Assembly (NCBI GenBank): GCA_043228905.1
Contig: JBHGNT010000002.1
Coordinates: 11,842,001-11,906,000, forward strand
DNA: 64,000 nucleotides
Reading direction: 5' to 3'
From: Azolla caroliniana
Taxonomy: Eukaryota > Plantae > Polypodiophyta
Every line of letters starts with the position of its first letter. The first letter of the stretch is position 1. Below are positions 12,862 through 24,781 of the stretch, piece after piece. The notes under the pieces were generated by a model that worked only from the letters and a program-made list of their open reading frames with translations, was not told where the DNA came from and did no database searches. Both the position numbers and the translations under genes were made by a program.

Positions 12862-14500
12862 TAATCACATAATTAGGTACTAATTAACCTATACTTAATT
12901 ATTTACCTAATTCTTAACAATAAATTACGAATGAATAAATCATCTCGTTGATGTGTTGCACCCCTCCATAAGTCAAGTGCACCTTATAGGTGTGATCACT
13001 TACGATGGGTTGGATTCCCAATATCTGAACCAAATGATCATTCACGAAATTACGTGAGCTCCCTGAATCAAATAAGAAATGTATTGAACATCCATTGATA
13101 TAACAATTTGCATGTAGTAAATCATCGGGTCCCAATACATAGTGAGGGAAAGAGCATTTACAACTACTTAAATGGTATGTATAGACCTCAAGGACATCAA
13201 GAATCTGACCCTTATGGTTTGCAACTTTGATTTTGCATATAAGAGAAACGAAGGCATGTACCTATAATGTTTTTTTGAATAAAGAAAAACATGTCCCCAA
13301 TCCTTTTTTGTTTTTTTTTCCCACCTCATTGTAACTGGAAAATGATGTTGGTATATTACGCAACCTCAAGTCTCATCATTACAATGCATAACATAAGGGG
13401 CAACCCAATAGTGAAGCCTTTCGTAATGATGGTCTTGTGTTAGCCTCGTAATCATGTAACGAGTGTTGGATATTGGATGTGGGTTTCATAAGGGAGACCT
13501 TGTATGATGTGGGTGAAGCCCGTACGCCCACACACATCATTGTGGCCATGCTTGTTTAATCGTAATGTAGGGCACAATCGGGGTGACCAAGGGGGATAAC
13601 AATTTTTTTGTTAAAAAATATGGTGAATATGCCTTCCCACGAAAATGTGAAGACGGCCACCAAGATCCTAACCCCGAAAAGGACACCATCTAACATACCA
13701 ATATCATGTAACAAATTTCAAACATATACACTACATGTTTACGACATGTATATAATCACATACATATACAAGTGATCACATATGTATATATAAAAGAATT
13801 GTTAACAAGACATTAACCAACGGATGATATAATCGAGATACATAATCGAGGCATGTAGCCTCTACGCACATGCAACATCCAAAAAATAGAAATGAATGTA
13901 ATACACAATTGAGATATTGACCTCATACATATACGACACACGTCACAATTAAGGTATTGATCTCATATCAAATGTAACAACGTATGTAATACGCAATAGA
14001 AATATAAAGCTCATACACATATATAATGTATGTACGTTTTATACGCACAAAATATGACCAATACAATAACATTGAATGATTTACATTTCAAATAACACTT
14101 AAGAATGTTTTAAGAATGCGAGAAGAAAGAATTGAATAAAAATATATATTACTAATCAACAAAAGGGAAATACAGAAGTTCTTTTGTCGACGACTTTCTA
14201 GATCAATGTTCAATCGAACATTAATCGATCACCAGATAAAAAAGAAATAAACATTGACAAAAGAAACATTAGAAAGTTGCTTTGATACCACATGTTAGAG
14301 ATTACTTCTAATGTAAACTTTAAATAAGGAAATATAAACGATAGATAGTAAAGAGAAAGAAGGGTACCTATCCGCCCAAGCATCCCCAAGCGAAGGAATC
14401 GGGATGGACCCGAGCCTTCAACGACATCCCATACCACCACCCATAGAACATAATAAACATGTTCGTGCAAGCATACAAACGTTTGAAAACATTTGAAAAG
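12862..14500 (-). mobile_element. Highly degenerate Ty3/gypsy remnant (Met PBS, aspartic protease)
   Basis: Minus-strand PBS TGGTATCAAAGCA at 14278-14290, next to TGTTAG at 14293; protease motif HFLFDSGSSRNFV in ORF 12914-13135; boundaries uncertain. Confidence 0.55.
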
Positions 14501-15020
14501 GGAAAAACGAGTGTTCCTTTTTTTGTAGTAAGAAATTAGCTCACCCTAGTGGTAAGTTGTACGCTTTATGAGTTTTTGAACTTTTGATTATAATTTATAA
14601 TGACATATTTTGATTCAATCTCTATAGTTCATACTCATTTTTTTGTAAAATTCTAAACTAAAGAAATTGATACCTTCACTAGTTGCGAGATGAGAACATT
14701 GATAATTGCAAGATGAGCTCATCATCAATACAATTATGTCTTTGAACTATTTGATTTTTATGTTCGTGCTTTCTAATGTTTAGTAGTTAATTAATTACTG
14801 TTGGGAAGTTGGTCCCTCCGGATGGGATCCGGTTATGAATGAAGAGGGCCCAGTGAGAACTGGAAGAGATCCGGAAACCGGTGAGAACCGGAAGAGAAGA
14901 CTTGAGTAAGCCTATTGAGGCTATATTTGTAAATAGCCCTAAGTTCATATGAGTATAAATATGACCTAGGGCAATCACAGAAGGCAAAGTTGTCATATTG
15001 TTGTATGTGCATAACTGTTG

Positions 15021-15021
<1 letters not shown>

Positions 15022-15106
<85 letters not shown>
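15022..15106. repeat. (GA)n microsatellite in the copia A 5' LTR
   Basis: About 40 GA units; much shorter in the partner LTR at ~56300. Confidence 0.95.
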
Positions 15107-15108
<2 letters not shown>

Positions 15109-15605
15109 CAGAGTGATACTCTGTTTTAACCGCCGCTTGGCGAAGATACAGAGCTCGAGGTCGTTGCCTCTGAGTCTCTTATTGTACCTTTCTTATATAG
15201 TGATAGTTTGGAGTTTGTGGGCTACCATGGTTTTTCCCTATTAGGGTTTTCCACGTAAACATCATGTGTACTCTCTATTGTTTGTGTGTGTACGTGTACT
15301 AATCTCCAACCCCATCTCTGTGTTTGATTCTCATCGAAGTGATTCAAGACTCGGTTGTGGCCGAGCAATATTCCGTGCTATTTCCGCAACTAGTATCAGA
15401 GCGAACAACACAGGAAATGGAAGAATCGTTCGGCGGCATGTTCCAGCTCATCGGCTCCAACTACTCAGTGTGGAAGTCGAAGATGAGGGATATGTTGGTG
15501 GTTAAAGATCGTTGGTTGTCGGTTCAGTTCGGGGACAAGAGACCGGATAAGATCGACGCCACAATGTGGGAGGTGATGCACATGAAGACGACGGCATACA
15601 TCCGG

Positions 15606-16304
15606 TGTCGCTGAAATTTGCTCGTGTGTGTCGGATAGGACGGGAGCATGGGGGTTTTAGACTAGGGAGTAAGAGGAGGGAGAGAAGCTTGTGAGTTCAA
15701 CCGAGAAGGAAGAGAAAGATTAAGATTCAAGAGAATAAGATCTAAACAAGACAATATACATTATGGAAAGCACCACACCAATTACAACCGTGGCCGTATA
15801 GATCGAATGTAAACCCTCTAGATGAAACCCTAACCGGATAGGGGAAAAGAAGAAGAACACGAATGAAACCCCTAAAACGAGATCCTAAAACCCAAAATTC
15901 CGAAACCCTAGTGGCAACCCAAAGAAACCCAAAAAGTGGAAGCCCCTCCTCACTCAAAATAGGCAACCCCTTCACAAGGGTTGAGGCACATTACAAAAGG
16001 AGAAGTCAAATCCCCTTCTCTCAATGGGGAATATTTGGCCTTAATCTTAAATCGGTGGGCCTTTAACTCTCTCTCCTCTCACATTCACACTCAATTCCCA
16101 CTACTCCCTACACCCATTCTTCATGTACTTTCCTCTAGTCGACAAAGTGCACATCACATTTACACCCCACACTTTACTTTTCCTTCTTACATTTGTCTAT
16201 TTATTCCTATGTCACAATTTTCCTAAGTATATGTGCAATGTTGCACATCTCACTTTATTCGTTTTGCTCAGGTTTTCTCACCATGGCCGAAAATCCTCAC
16301 GACA
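15606..16304. mobile_element. Solo LTR (TGTC..GACA gypsy type) with 4-bp TSD CCGG
   Basis: TGTCGCTG...CACGACA. CCGG at 15602-15605 and 16305-16308; removal restores the gag codons ATC CGG TGC TTC seen in copia B. The 3' part resembles the LTR at 100-181. Confidence 0.85.
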
Positions 16305-17819
16305 CCGGTGCTTCATCGGCAGGAGCCTGTACAACAATAATGAAGAAAGTAAGGCTCATGAACTCTGGGAGAAGATCAGCATCATGTTCGAGAACAAGAA
16401 TATTGTTAATCGGGTTTCGGTATTCCGGAAGCTAGTGAGGCTTTGGTACGAGGACAACTCCAATATGGCGGAGCACATGAATGCCTTCAAGGGACTGATA
16501 AACCAGGCAACCTTGTTGGAAGTACCTCTTGCCGATGAGGTACTCACATTACTCCTACTTGGTTCCCTCCCGGATAAGTTGGGAGTCGCTAGTTGTCACG
16601 TTGGGCAACGCCGGGCTGGAAGGAAAAAAGTTGTCCCTAGCAAGATTCAAGCCAAGCTTGCTAGATGAAGAGGCACATTGGAAAGACAAAGAAGTCATCT
16701 CCGACTCTAAAGCCCTCCTTAACGAATCGGAAAGATAGAGAGGAAGAGGACGGAACCAGAGTCCCCATAACCAGGAAAGTCGGGGACACAGTCAAAGTCA
16801 AGGGGGAGGCCTACTTGCTTTTATTGCGGAAAGCATGGGCACTTCCAGAAGAACTATCAACACTTCCGGAAAGAGAAAGGAACCGACAGTGCCGATTCGA
16901 AGAACAGTTCAGACCGGAAAGGGTCGGATTGGAAGGGAACGTTGGCAATCGCGACAAGTAAAGAAGAATTGATGCTCATTACCGAAGAGAATGAGTTAAA
17001 CCTTGTCGGTGACGAGACAACGTGGGTTGTCGATTCAAGAGCATCGTTCCATCTTACACTGGACATGACAGGCTTCTCATCCTACACAACCGGAGATCAT
17101 GGTTGTGTTCAGATGGGGAATGAAGGTACATGTCGAACTGTCGGCATAGGAGATGTGTTGTTGACGACATCAACCAGATGCAAGTTGCTGTTGAAAGAAG
17201 TCTGACACATTTCAGAGGTTTAGTTGAACCTAATATCAGCTGGTTGGCTAGATGATGAAGGCTACATGGGTAGCATCCGGAACGGAGTCATGAAATTCAG
17301 CGAAGTAATCTTGATTGTGGCTCGAGCCCGGAAGATCAACACACTATATTTGATGCATGCCCGGATATGTCGGGAAGAAGTGAACGTAGCATCTGACATT
17401 GCGGGTGAGTTGTGGCACAAGAGACTATGTCATATGAGCTAGAAGGGGATGAGAAGACTTGCTAAAGTCAATCTCATTCCGGAGGTGAAAGACGTGCACC
17501 AATTGCTTGGCCGGCAAGGAAAACTGAACCTCATTTAAGTCAAGACCACCGATGAGACGGAATGCACCACTAGAGCTGGTGCATACTGATGTGTATCAAG
17601 TGGACACGATGTCGCGAAAATATGACGAGGACACATGAACTTGAGGCAGGACCCCGGGGCCTCCGACCAGAGGATATCAGATTCGTGCGTTTATACTTTT
17701 AAGAATTAAGAGAAAGGAGAAAATTTAATAATTTTTCATTAGCAAAGGAAAAGAAATTACAATATGTCCCAAGATTGGGATTCAGAAGTTTATGTTTACT
17801 ATGTTTAATAGAAAAAGGA

Positions 17820-18060
17820 AAATTAGGGGTTTTGAGAGACATGGTTTCCGTAGGAAACATTAGGGTTTTTGAGTGTTATGGCTTCGTAGGGAAATTAGGG
17901 TTTTTGAGTGTTATGGCTTCGTAGGGAAATTAGGGTTTATGACTTCCGTAAGGAAATTCGGGGTTTTGAGTGTTGTGGCTTCCGTAGGGAAGATTAGGGT
18001 TTTTGAGTGTTATGGCTTCCGTAGGGAATTTAGGGTTTATGAGAGTTATGGCTTCCCTAA
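17820..18060. repeat. ~33-bp minisatellite (TTCCGTAGGGAAATTAGGGTTTTTGAGTGTTATGGC)
   Basis: About 7 degenerate tandem copies. Confidence 0.85.
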
Positions 18061-18384
18061 GATAAGGGAGCTGAGAAGGAAAAGAAAATTAATGGAGAGA
18101 GTATGAGTATAGGAAAAAAATGGAATATATATGGAGTTCCCCGTTGATCATATGCATGTCCACTTTTTGTTGCATTGCTTCTACTTTTAGTTGCATCTAT
18201 TTTTGGTTGCATGGCTTTTTCTTTTAGTTGCATGCGACCGTCCACATGACCTTTTACTTTAGTTTTCTTCACTTCACTTTAATTAGCCACATGATCCTAT
18301 CATCCGTTCGGTTTGCTTCCAGCCTCGTCCGATCGCCGGTTCCATCCAGTCGCCGATTGCCGCCGCCTCGCCGGCTCTGCCGCC

Positions 18385-18637
18385 AGTTCTGGTTTGCTTA
18401 CCAGCCGGTTTCCGATTTTGCTTACCGGCCAGTTTCGGTTTTGCTTACCAACCGGTCTCCGATTTAGCTTACCGGCTGGTTTCGGTTTTGCTAACCAACC
18501 GATTTCTGGTTTAGCTTACCGGCCGGTTTCGGGTTCCGATTTGGCTTACCGGCCAGTTCCGGTTTGGCTTACCGACCAATTCCGGTTTTGCTTACCTGCC
18601 GATTCCGATTTTGCTTACCGGCCGGTTTCCGGATTTT
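18385..18637. repeat. ~22-24-bp minisatellite (GCTTACCGGCCGGTTTCCGATTTT)
   Basis: About 10 degenerate tandem copies. Confidence 0.85.
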
Positions 18638-21600
18638 GGGAACTTGGCCACCATCATCCATCAAGACAAAGTGGCCAAAGTGCTCTTAGCACAAATGAAA
18701 ATGAGGGTCTCAAGGTGCTCATATAGCTAGGGCCTTAAGTTTCCTATCTATGTGGGATAAATAATAGTTCTATTTTCCCTATCTTCTCAAACATCCATCT
18801 TCTATAACATGCCATTAAACTAATATAAAGTACTTATTTTATTATTTATTTATTTACATAGTGTGAGAAGATTCACATGACAACGCAGTCACATGCCGGA
18901 TCGCAGTACTTTGTGACATTCATAGACGACCACAACCGAAAGTTGTGAGTGTCACCGCTAAAGACAAAGGATCAGGTGTTATCCGTCTTTAAGGAGCTTC
19001 ACGCGAAAGTGGAAAGAGAAACCGGTGCTTCAAGCAGATAACAGAGGAAAATATTGGGGGTAGTTCGAGGAGTATTGCCGGTTGAAGTGAATCTGGATCG
19101 AATTCACCGTGCCGAAGACACCAGAATTGAACGGGTTGGGCGAACGGATGAACCGGACTGTGATGGAGAGAGTTCGGAGCATGCTAGCACATGCAAAGTT
19201 ACCCAAGATGTTTTGGGTTGGGGCACTGATCAAGGTGACCTACATGATAAACAGATCACCCTCAGTACCCTTGGATGGAGACACACCACAGACACTATGG
19301 ACCAGTAAGGACGTGTCTTACGGGCATCTGAAGGTGTTCGGGTGTCTCGCATATCTGCATATTTCAAGGGACAAGAGAGAAAAGTTGGATCCGAAGTCTA
19401 GACCATGCATATTCCTTGGATACGAGGATGATGACTTCGGTTACCGGGTGTGGGATCTGGTCGACAAGAAGGTGTTCTGGGGAAGACAGGACCATTGCCG
19501 ACTGGGAGTCGGAGAAGAAGATGATGAACTCCGGATCATCTAATGAAAACCGATTTCAGGACACAAGGACCTACCCAGTTGAAAACCGGATGTTGGCTGG
19601 CAACCGGATGACACTCGGCGAACCGGACGGATATGGACAAGAAACTAAACCGACCGAAGAAGAAGAAGAAGAAGAAGACATCGGAACCAGACAAGATCCC
19701 GAATCGGATTAGGATGAGGAACAAACAGAGGAATCGGTAGTCAGAAACCAAGGATGGAGATATCCTCTCCAAGAGAGAAGAGCCCTCCGGAGATTTCTGG
19801 ATGCAGAGCACGTATTGTTGACTGATGAGGGGGAGCCGGAAAGCTTCGAAGAAGCAAAGAAAGACACCCACAACCGCAAGTGGTTGAGTGCCATGCATGA
19901 CGATATGTCAAAAGGAAAGAGGGCACTCCAGAACAAGTGGGTGTACAACCTTAAACCGGGAGATGCCGGAAACCCACTGAGATACATATCCCGGATCGTG
20001 GTGAAGGGGTTCCAACAGAAGAAAGGAGTGGATTTTGACGAGATCTTTTCCTTGGTAGTTAAGATGACTTCCATCGGAACGGTGCTAAGCATAGTGGCAA
20101 GCATGGACCTTGAGGTAGAGCAACTAGACGTAAAGACGACGTTCCTCCATGGTAACCTCGAAGAGAAGATCTACATACAGCAGCCAGAAGGATTTATAAA
20201 GAAAGGGAAGGAGCATTTGGTGTGCCGGTTTAAGAAGAGCTTATACGGACTAAAGCAAGCTCTCCGGCAATGGTACCGGAAATTTGATTCCTTCATGACT
20301 GACCAAGGATACCACAAGACACAAGCCGAATATCGGATATGCAGTCGGAGTGGTGAGCGGGTTCATGAGCAATCCCATATGAGAGCATTGGAATGCGGTA
20401 AAGTGAGTACTTCGGTATTTCAAAGGCACCTTGAGTATGTGCCTCCGATTCGGCTCTGGTAAACCCCTCTTGGAAGGCTTCACCGATTCAGATATGTTGG
20501 CTGATGCGGATACTAGTCGGTTTACATTCGGATATGTCATGACTTATACAGGGGGAGCTGTTTCGTGGTACTCAAGGTTGTAGAAGACGGTTGCGTTGTC
20601 AACCACGGAGGCGGAGTACATAACAGTTGTGGAAGCCGACAACGAGATAATCTGGATGAAGGACTTCATCGGAGAGCTAGGGATCCAATAGGAGGAATAC
20701 CGACTCTACTATGATAGTCAAAGTGGCATCCACCTTGCGAGGAACGCGTCCTACCATTCCCGAACGAAACATATCGAGCGGAGCTACCACTGGATCCGGG
20801 AGAGAGTAGAAGATCAAGAGTTCATGCTGACGAAGATCCACACAGAGGAGAAAGGGCCGAATATGCTGACCAAGGTGTTGATAACTGACAAGCTGGACGT
20901 GTTGTCATGAAGATTTTCGGCAATGGTGTGAAAATTGCTAGGAACATACAAAATCGAGTGTGGTTCTTCACACACAATATGAAACAATAATAGTAAAGAT
21001 AGTATTTTAGATTAGTTTAATATCTTGGTACGAAAAGATGGATTTCTTCAAGAGCTTCCGAATGTACTTTACTACATTTAAAACAGACAACTAAATGTCA
21101 AGTTATGTGAATGTAAAGTTTGAGAAGAAGAAGAGAAAAACAAAATTATGTGATATCCCACATAGATAGGACAAATCAGGATCCCACATTATATAAGCAA
21201 AGCCAAAACTTATTATTTTCTATCTAGTGTGGAGCACAGAATGTTCTTGGACTAAATTGTGGCTTAACTACTCGTAATGGTGTCGTACCGGATGGTAATG
21301 GAACCAGAACCGGACTGATGGATGGCACCGTAACTGGACCGGATCGAATCACCAGGTCGGATGCGGACCGGATAAGTTGAAAGCGAAGATTAGGTGTGAA
21401 ACGAACAAAATCATCTAGACTAAAAAACCTAGTAAAATTTTGTATAGAAAGGGATGCAAGCAAGGCTTGAACCTTGCACCTCCAAGTTAGGAGGTAATAA
21501 ATTTACAACTAAGACAAGTCATTTCTTTAGAAATGTTTTTTCTATCATTATGCTTTCACATTTAAATTCGTATATTAGAGCTTGATTGAGTGACATGGTT

Positions 21601-22023
21601 ATCATGTATCACATGTAATGCATGAGTGCCAAATGGCAAACATGCATTGTATGCATGTCTTGTACCCTCACATGCATGGGGGCATATATAAAAGAGGGAT
21701 GAAAAAGATCAAAGGGAACTATGTATTAATCAAGAATTTAATAAGAAGAAAATTCGTTATCCAATTGATGATATATCTTGTTCCTCAAATCTAAAGTCAA
21801 GGGTTCAATCTTAATCTCTATCTCCATTTCAATCTCTCTCAATCTAAAGTCAAGTGTTCTATCTTATCTCAATCTCTCTCTCTCTTTCAATCTATCTTAA
21901 ATATTTTCTTGCTAAAGCTAGTACAAACTTCAAATCCTTCCGGTCGAGAACCCCATCGGTTCCGCCTCACGATCCGCACGTAGTGACGGATTTTTCACGA
22001 CATAATTAAGTGGTGAACCCGAC

Positions 22024-24324
22024 GTGAAAGAGGTGGTAGGAAGGATCAAGTCAAGGATCCACCGATACTTGGAGATGGTGTCCTCAAGTAATCGAGCGGG
22101 AGAGTTCGAAAGGATGATGCTAATCGTCGAACAAATGATGAGATCTCGGGACAATGATGCGAGCGTGGAGAAGGTCGTCGATGTTACCGTACGAGACGTA
22201 CGTGTGATTGATAAGTGTGATAACTGAGGGTGAAAGATGTAATGTGTTGATATGTATGTGTAATGTTATACGATTATGAGTGTAAATGTAAGTGTGAGTG
22301 TGGTGGATACAAAGAGGTGTGAGTGAGTGACTAGGTGTGAATGCCAAGGGGGCTTGCACCCTTGTGTATCTACCCTTTTGTACCTATATTAACCCCTTAT
22401 GGGGAATGAATGAATAAAAGGAACATTTTTTCTCTCAATCTTGAGTCTCTCTCTCTCTCTTCCCTCTTACGTTGAACCCCCTTGGGAGGGGGGTGGAGCC
22501 ATTCTAGGCACTACCCCCCACCCCCTCAACGCTTGTCAACATCTTCATGATCTCTCTCACCATCATGTCGTTCATCATCTTCAATATTACACCACGTCTA
22601 TCTTCATCATAATAATATATTAACCCTAACCCTAAAAACCTTCAACAATCGACCGTGTGGTGGAGCTCGAGGGTCAATTTGACAGAAGGAGCATTACGAA
22701 GTTCCTTGATGCATACAAAAGGGAGATGAATGAAAGGGACGTGTTTGAAGCGCGCCAAATTACAAGTTTCAAGAGAGTGGTCGCCAACAACATCCAAAGA
22801 CGTGTCATCAAGCTTCAAGAAGGCAAGATAACATGGTTTGAGTTCGAGAAAGCAATATTAGCGAAGTTCGCGACGGAAGATTTGTCGAGAATGACTCAAC
22901 ATGCCTTGATGAAGTGGATAGAGAAGAAAAATAAGAAGATGAGCACCTTGAGGGTGTACGATGAGTTCGACCAGATGTATAGTCGTCTCCCCGCCACGGA
23001 CCAAGTGCTACTTGAGGAGGACAAGACTTTGTACTTTTTGAAAGTTGTGGATATGAAGGATAGACAAGAATTGGGGACTCTTCTTGAAGATGATACCCAA
23101 GCAAACGGGCTTGTGGCAGATTGGATTGCGGTGAAGCGGGCGTGCAATAGGCTCGACAAGCGTCGTCAGTGGGTTGATGACACCGACTTGGCAAGATCAA
23201 CTATCACGGAGAAAACAAGACAACCGAAAGTAGTTGAGCCACCCAAACAAAGTAACTCCGAAGAAAAGAAGATTGATGATGACATCATCGAAGAACTGGC
23301 GAAGAAGTTCGAGACGGTCACGCTAGCCAACATGAATCGTCGGGGCCCCAAAGGAAAAGAACCCTTTAGATGCGTTTGGTGTGATAGCATGGACCACATG
23401 AGAAGGGATTGTGGGACCACATGAGAAGGGATTATGCAAGCCTTCGAGACGTCATTCGACAAAATATCGTATACATGGATGGCAACATGATCTGCTCAAG
23501 TGAGACTAGAAGACCCCTATGGGTGAATTTCGGAAGAGGGGGAATGAAGAAAGCCATGGAAGATGCCGAGACGACTCATGTGGATGCACAATGCTGCATT
23601 GCCCGAAATAAGAGTCAAGAAAGACAAAACTGAAGTTGCTAGAGCGGGAGCAAAGTTTTGGTCTACCGTTCTCGAGTATGAGAACAAGGGAAAGGTCACT
23701 CTGAACGAGGTAGAGCTTGCAGACCGAAGTGTGCAAAGCATAACCGGATGGTCGGATCTGTGGATGACAATACCATACTCGCAGAAGTGATGTGTGTCAA
23801 CCACGAGGTGTTCGTGGATGAAAAGAGAAAAAGAATGGAAGGGAAAGACAACCCATCAAAAAGACATGAAACAAGGAGCGTGAAAAAGAAAGAAGATGCA
23901 GAAACAAGTCGAGCTTTACAAATGGAGGAAGGAGACTCAAGCAGGAAAGGGGAGTTGAGCAAACGAGTCGAAGAAATGGTAAGGCCCATGAAGGTTGGTG
24001 TCGAAGACCCCGCTCAGAAGACAAGAATTATGCATACCTACAAGCTAAGGTCGGACATAGAGCAAACGATAGATCTAAAGAAGATTATCGAGGAATGTGT
24101 TCTCGATAGCCACATAACCTTGTCCTTGAGGGAATTGCTCGGCATTACGAAGAAGGAGTTCCATGATACGATCGTGGACCTTGTGAAGAGAAAAAGGCAA
24201 CAATTGGACGAGGAAGAAGAGAAGCCACTAAAAGCAAAAACAAATGCCATAACGATGGCAAGAGACGAAGTCGATGAAGATATGGTGGACAACCACTATA
24301 CTCGACCTCATTGGGCATGAGCGA
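22024..24324 (+). pseudogene. gag: Gypsy D gag region (disrupted)
   Basis: CCHC knuckle CVWCDSMDHMRRDC; a 23-bp tandem duplication at 23391-23433 shifts the frame; interrupted by the solo LTR at 22182 and by gypsy B. Confidence 0.85.
22182..22647 (+). mobile_element. Solo LTR related to the tandem-array LTR
   Basis: TGTTACCGTACGAGA...AACCCTAACCCTAAAAACCTTCAACA; shares blocks with 1321-1841; TSD GTCGA/ATCGA. Confidence 0.9.
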
Positions 24325-24781
24325 TGTTACCCGGACAATCTATTTCCTTTCTGTTATAACTTATTACGTAAATAGCGATCTCAATGCTTACTAAACATCG
24401 ATAAGTTTACAACCATTTTAGTATCTATTCGTCTAAAACAACAATTCATTGATAGAACATTCGGTGAGCAATGTTCGACCTATACAGTGTCGGCAATAGT
24501 TATTGTCAACCGAACAACACAGTATAATTTTGGCACCCCTGGTTACATCTGCAGTTAGCAGAGAACAAGTCGAATGGATGTCGTCTGGTCCAGATACACC
24601 AGTCAGTTGTAAACGTCCTCGTACACGTTCGATTACGAAGACACAAGAAAAAGATTCGGCTGCAGAGTTACAGCCAGAAACAAGTAGAAGGTGGTTTGCG
24701 CTCCCCGATTTAATTGATAGTCAGTTGGACGAGAATCAGGAGGAGGAGATATAATTTTATGATATCTGGAGTGAAGACAAT

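Larger units (their letters stand above)
17610..18882. mobile_element. Solo LTR (TGTC..GACA type) containing two minisatellites, 4-bp TSD ACGA/ACGC
   Basis: TGTCGCG...CATGACA; removal restores copia integrase VDTKSHAG. Confidence 0.82.
15417..20902 (+). pseudogene. Copia A gag-pol pseudogene, interrupted by two solo LTRs
   Basis: MEESFGGMF..NYSVWKSKM; protease WVVDSRASFH; GAG-pre-integrase LWHKRLCHMS; integrase TPELNGLGERMNRT; RT QLDVKTTFLHG and KKSLYGLKQA; many stops and frameshifts. Confidence 0.88.

Noticed and set aside
21451-21512. Functional tRNA gene
   Set aside because: Acceptor and D stems cannot be formed convincingly; kept only as a tRNA-like module finding.
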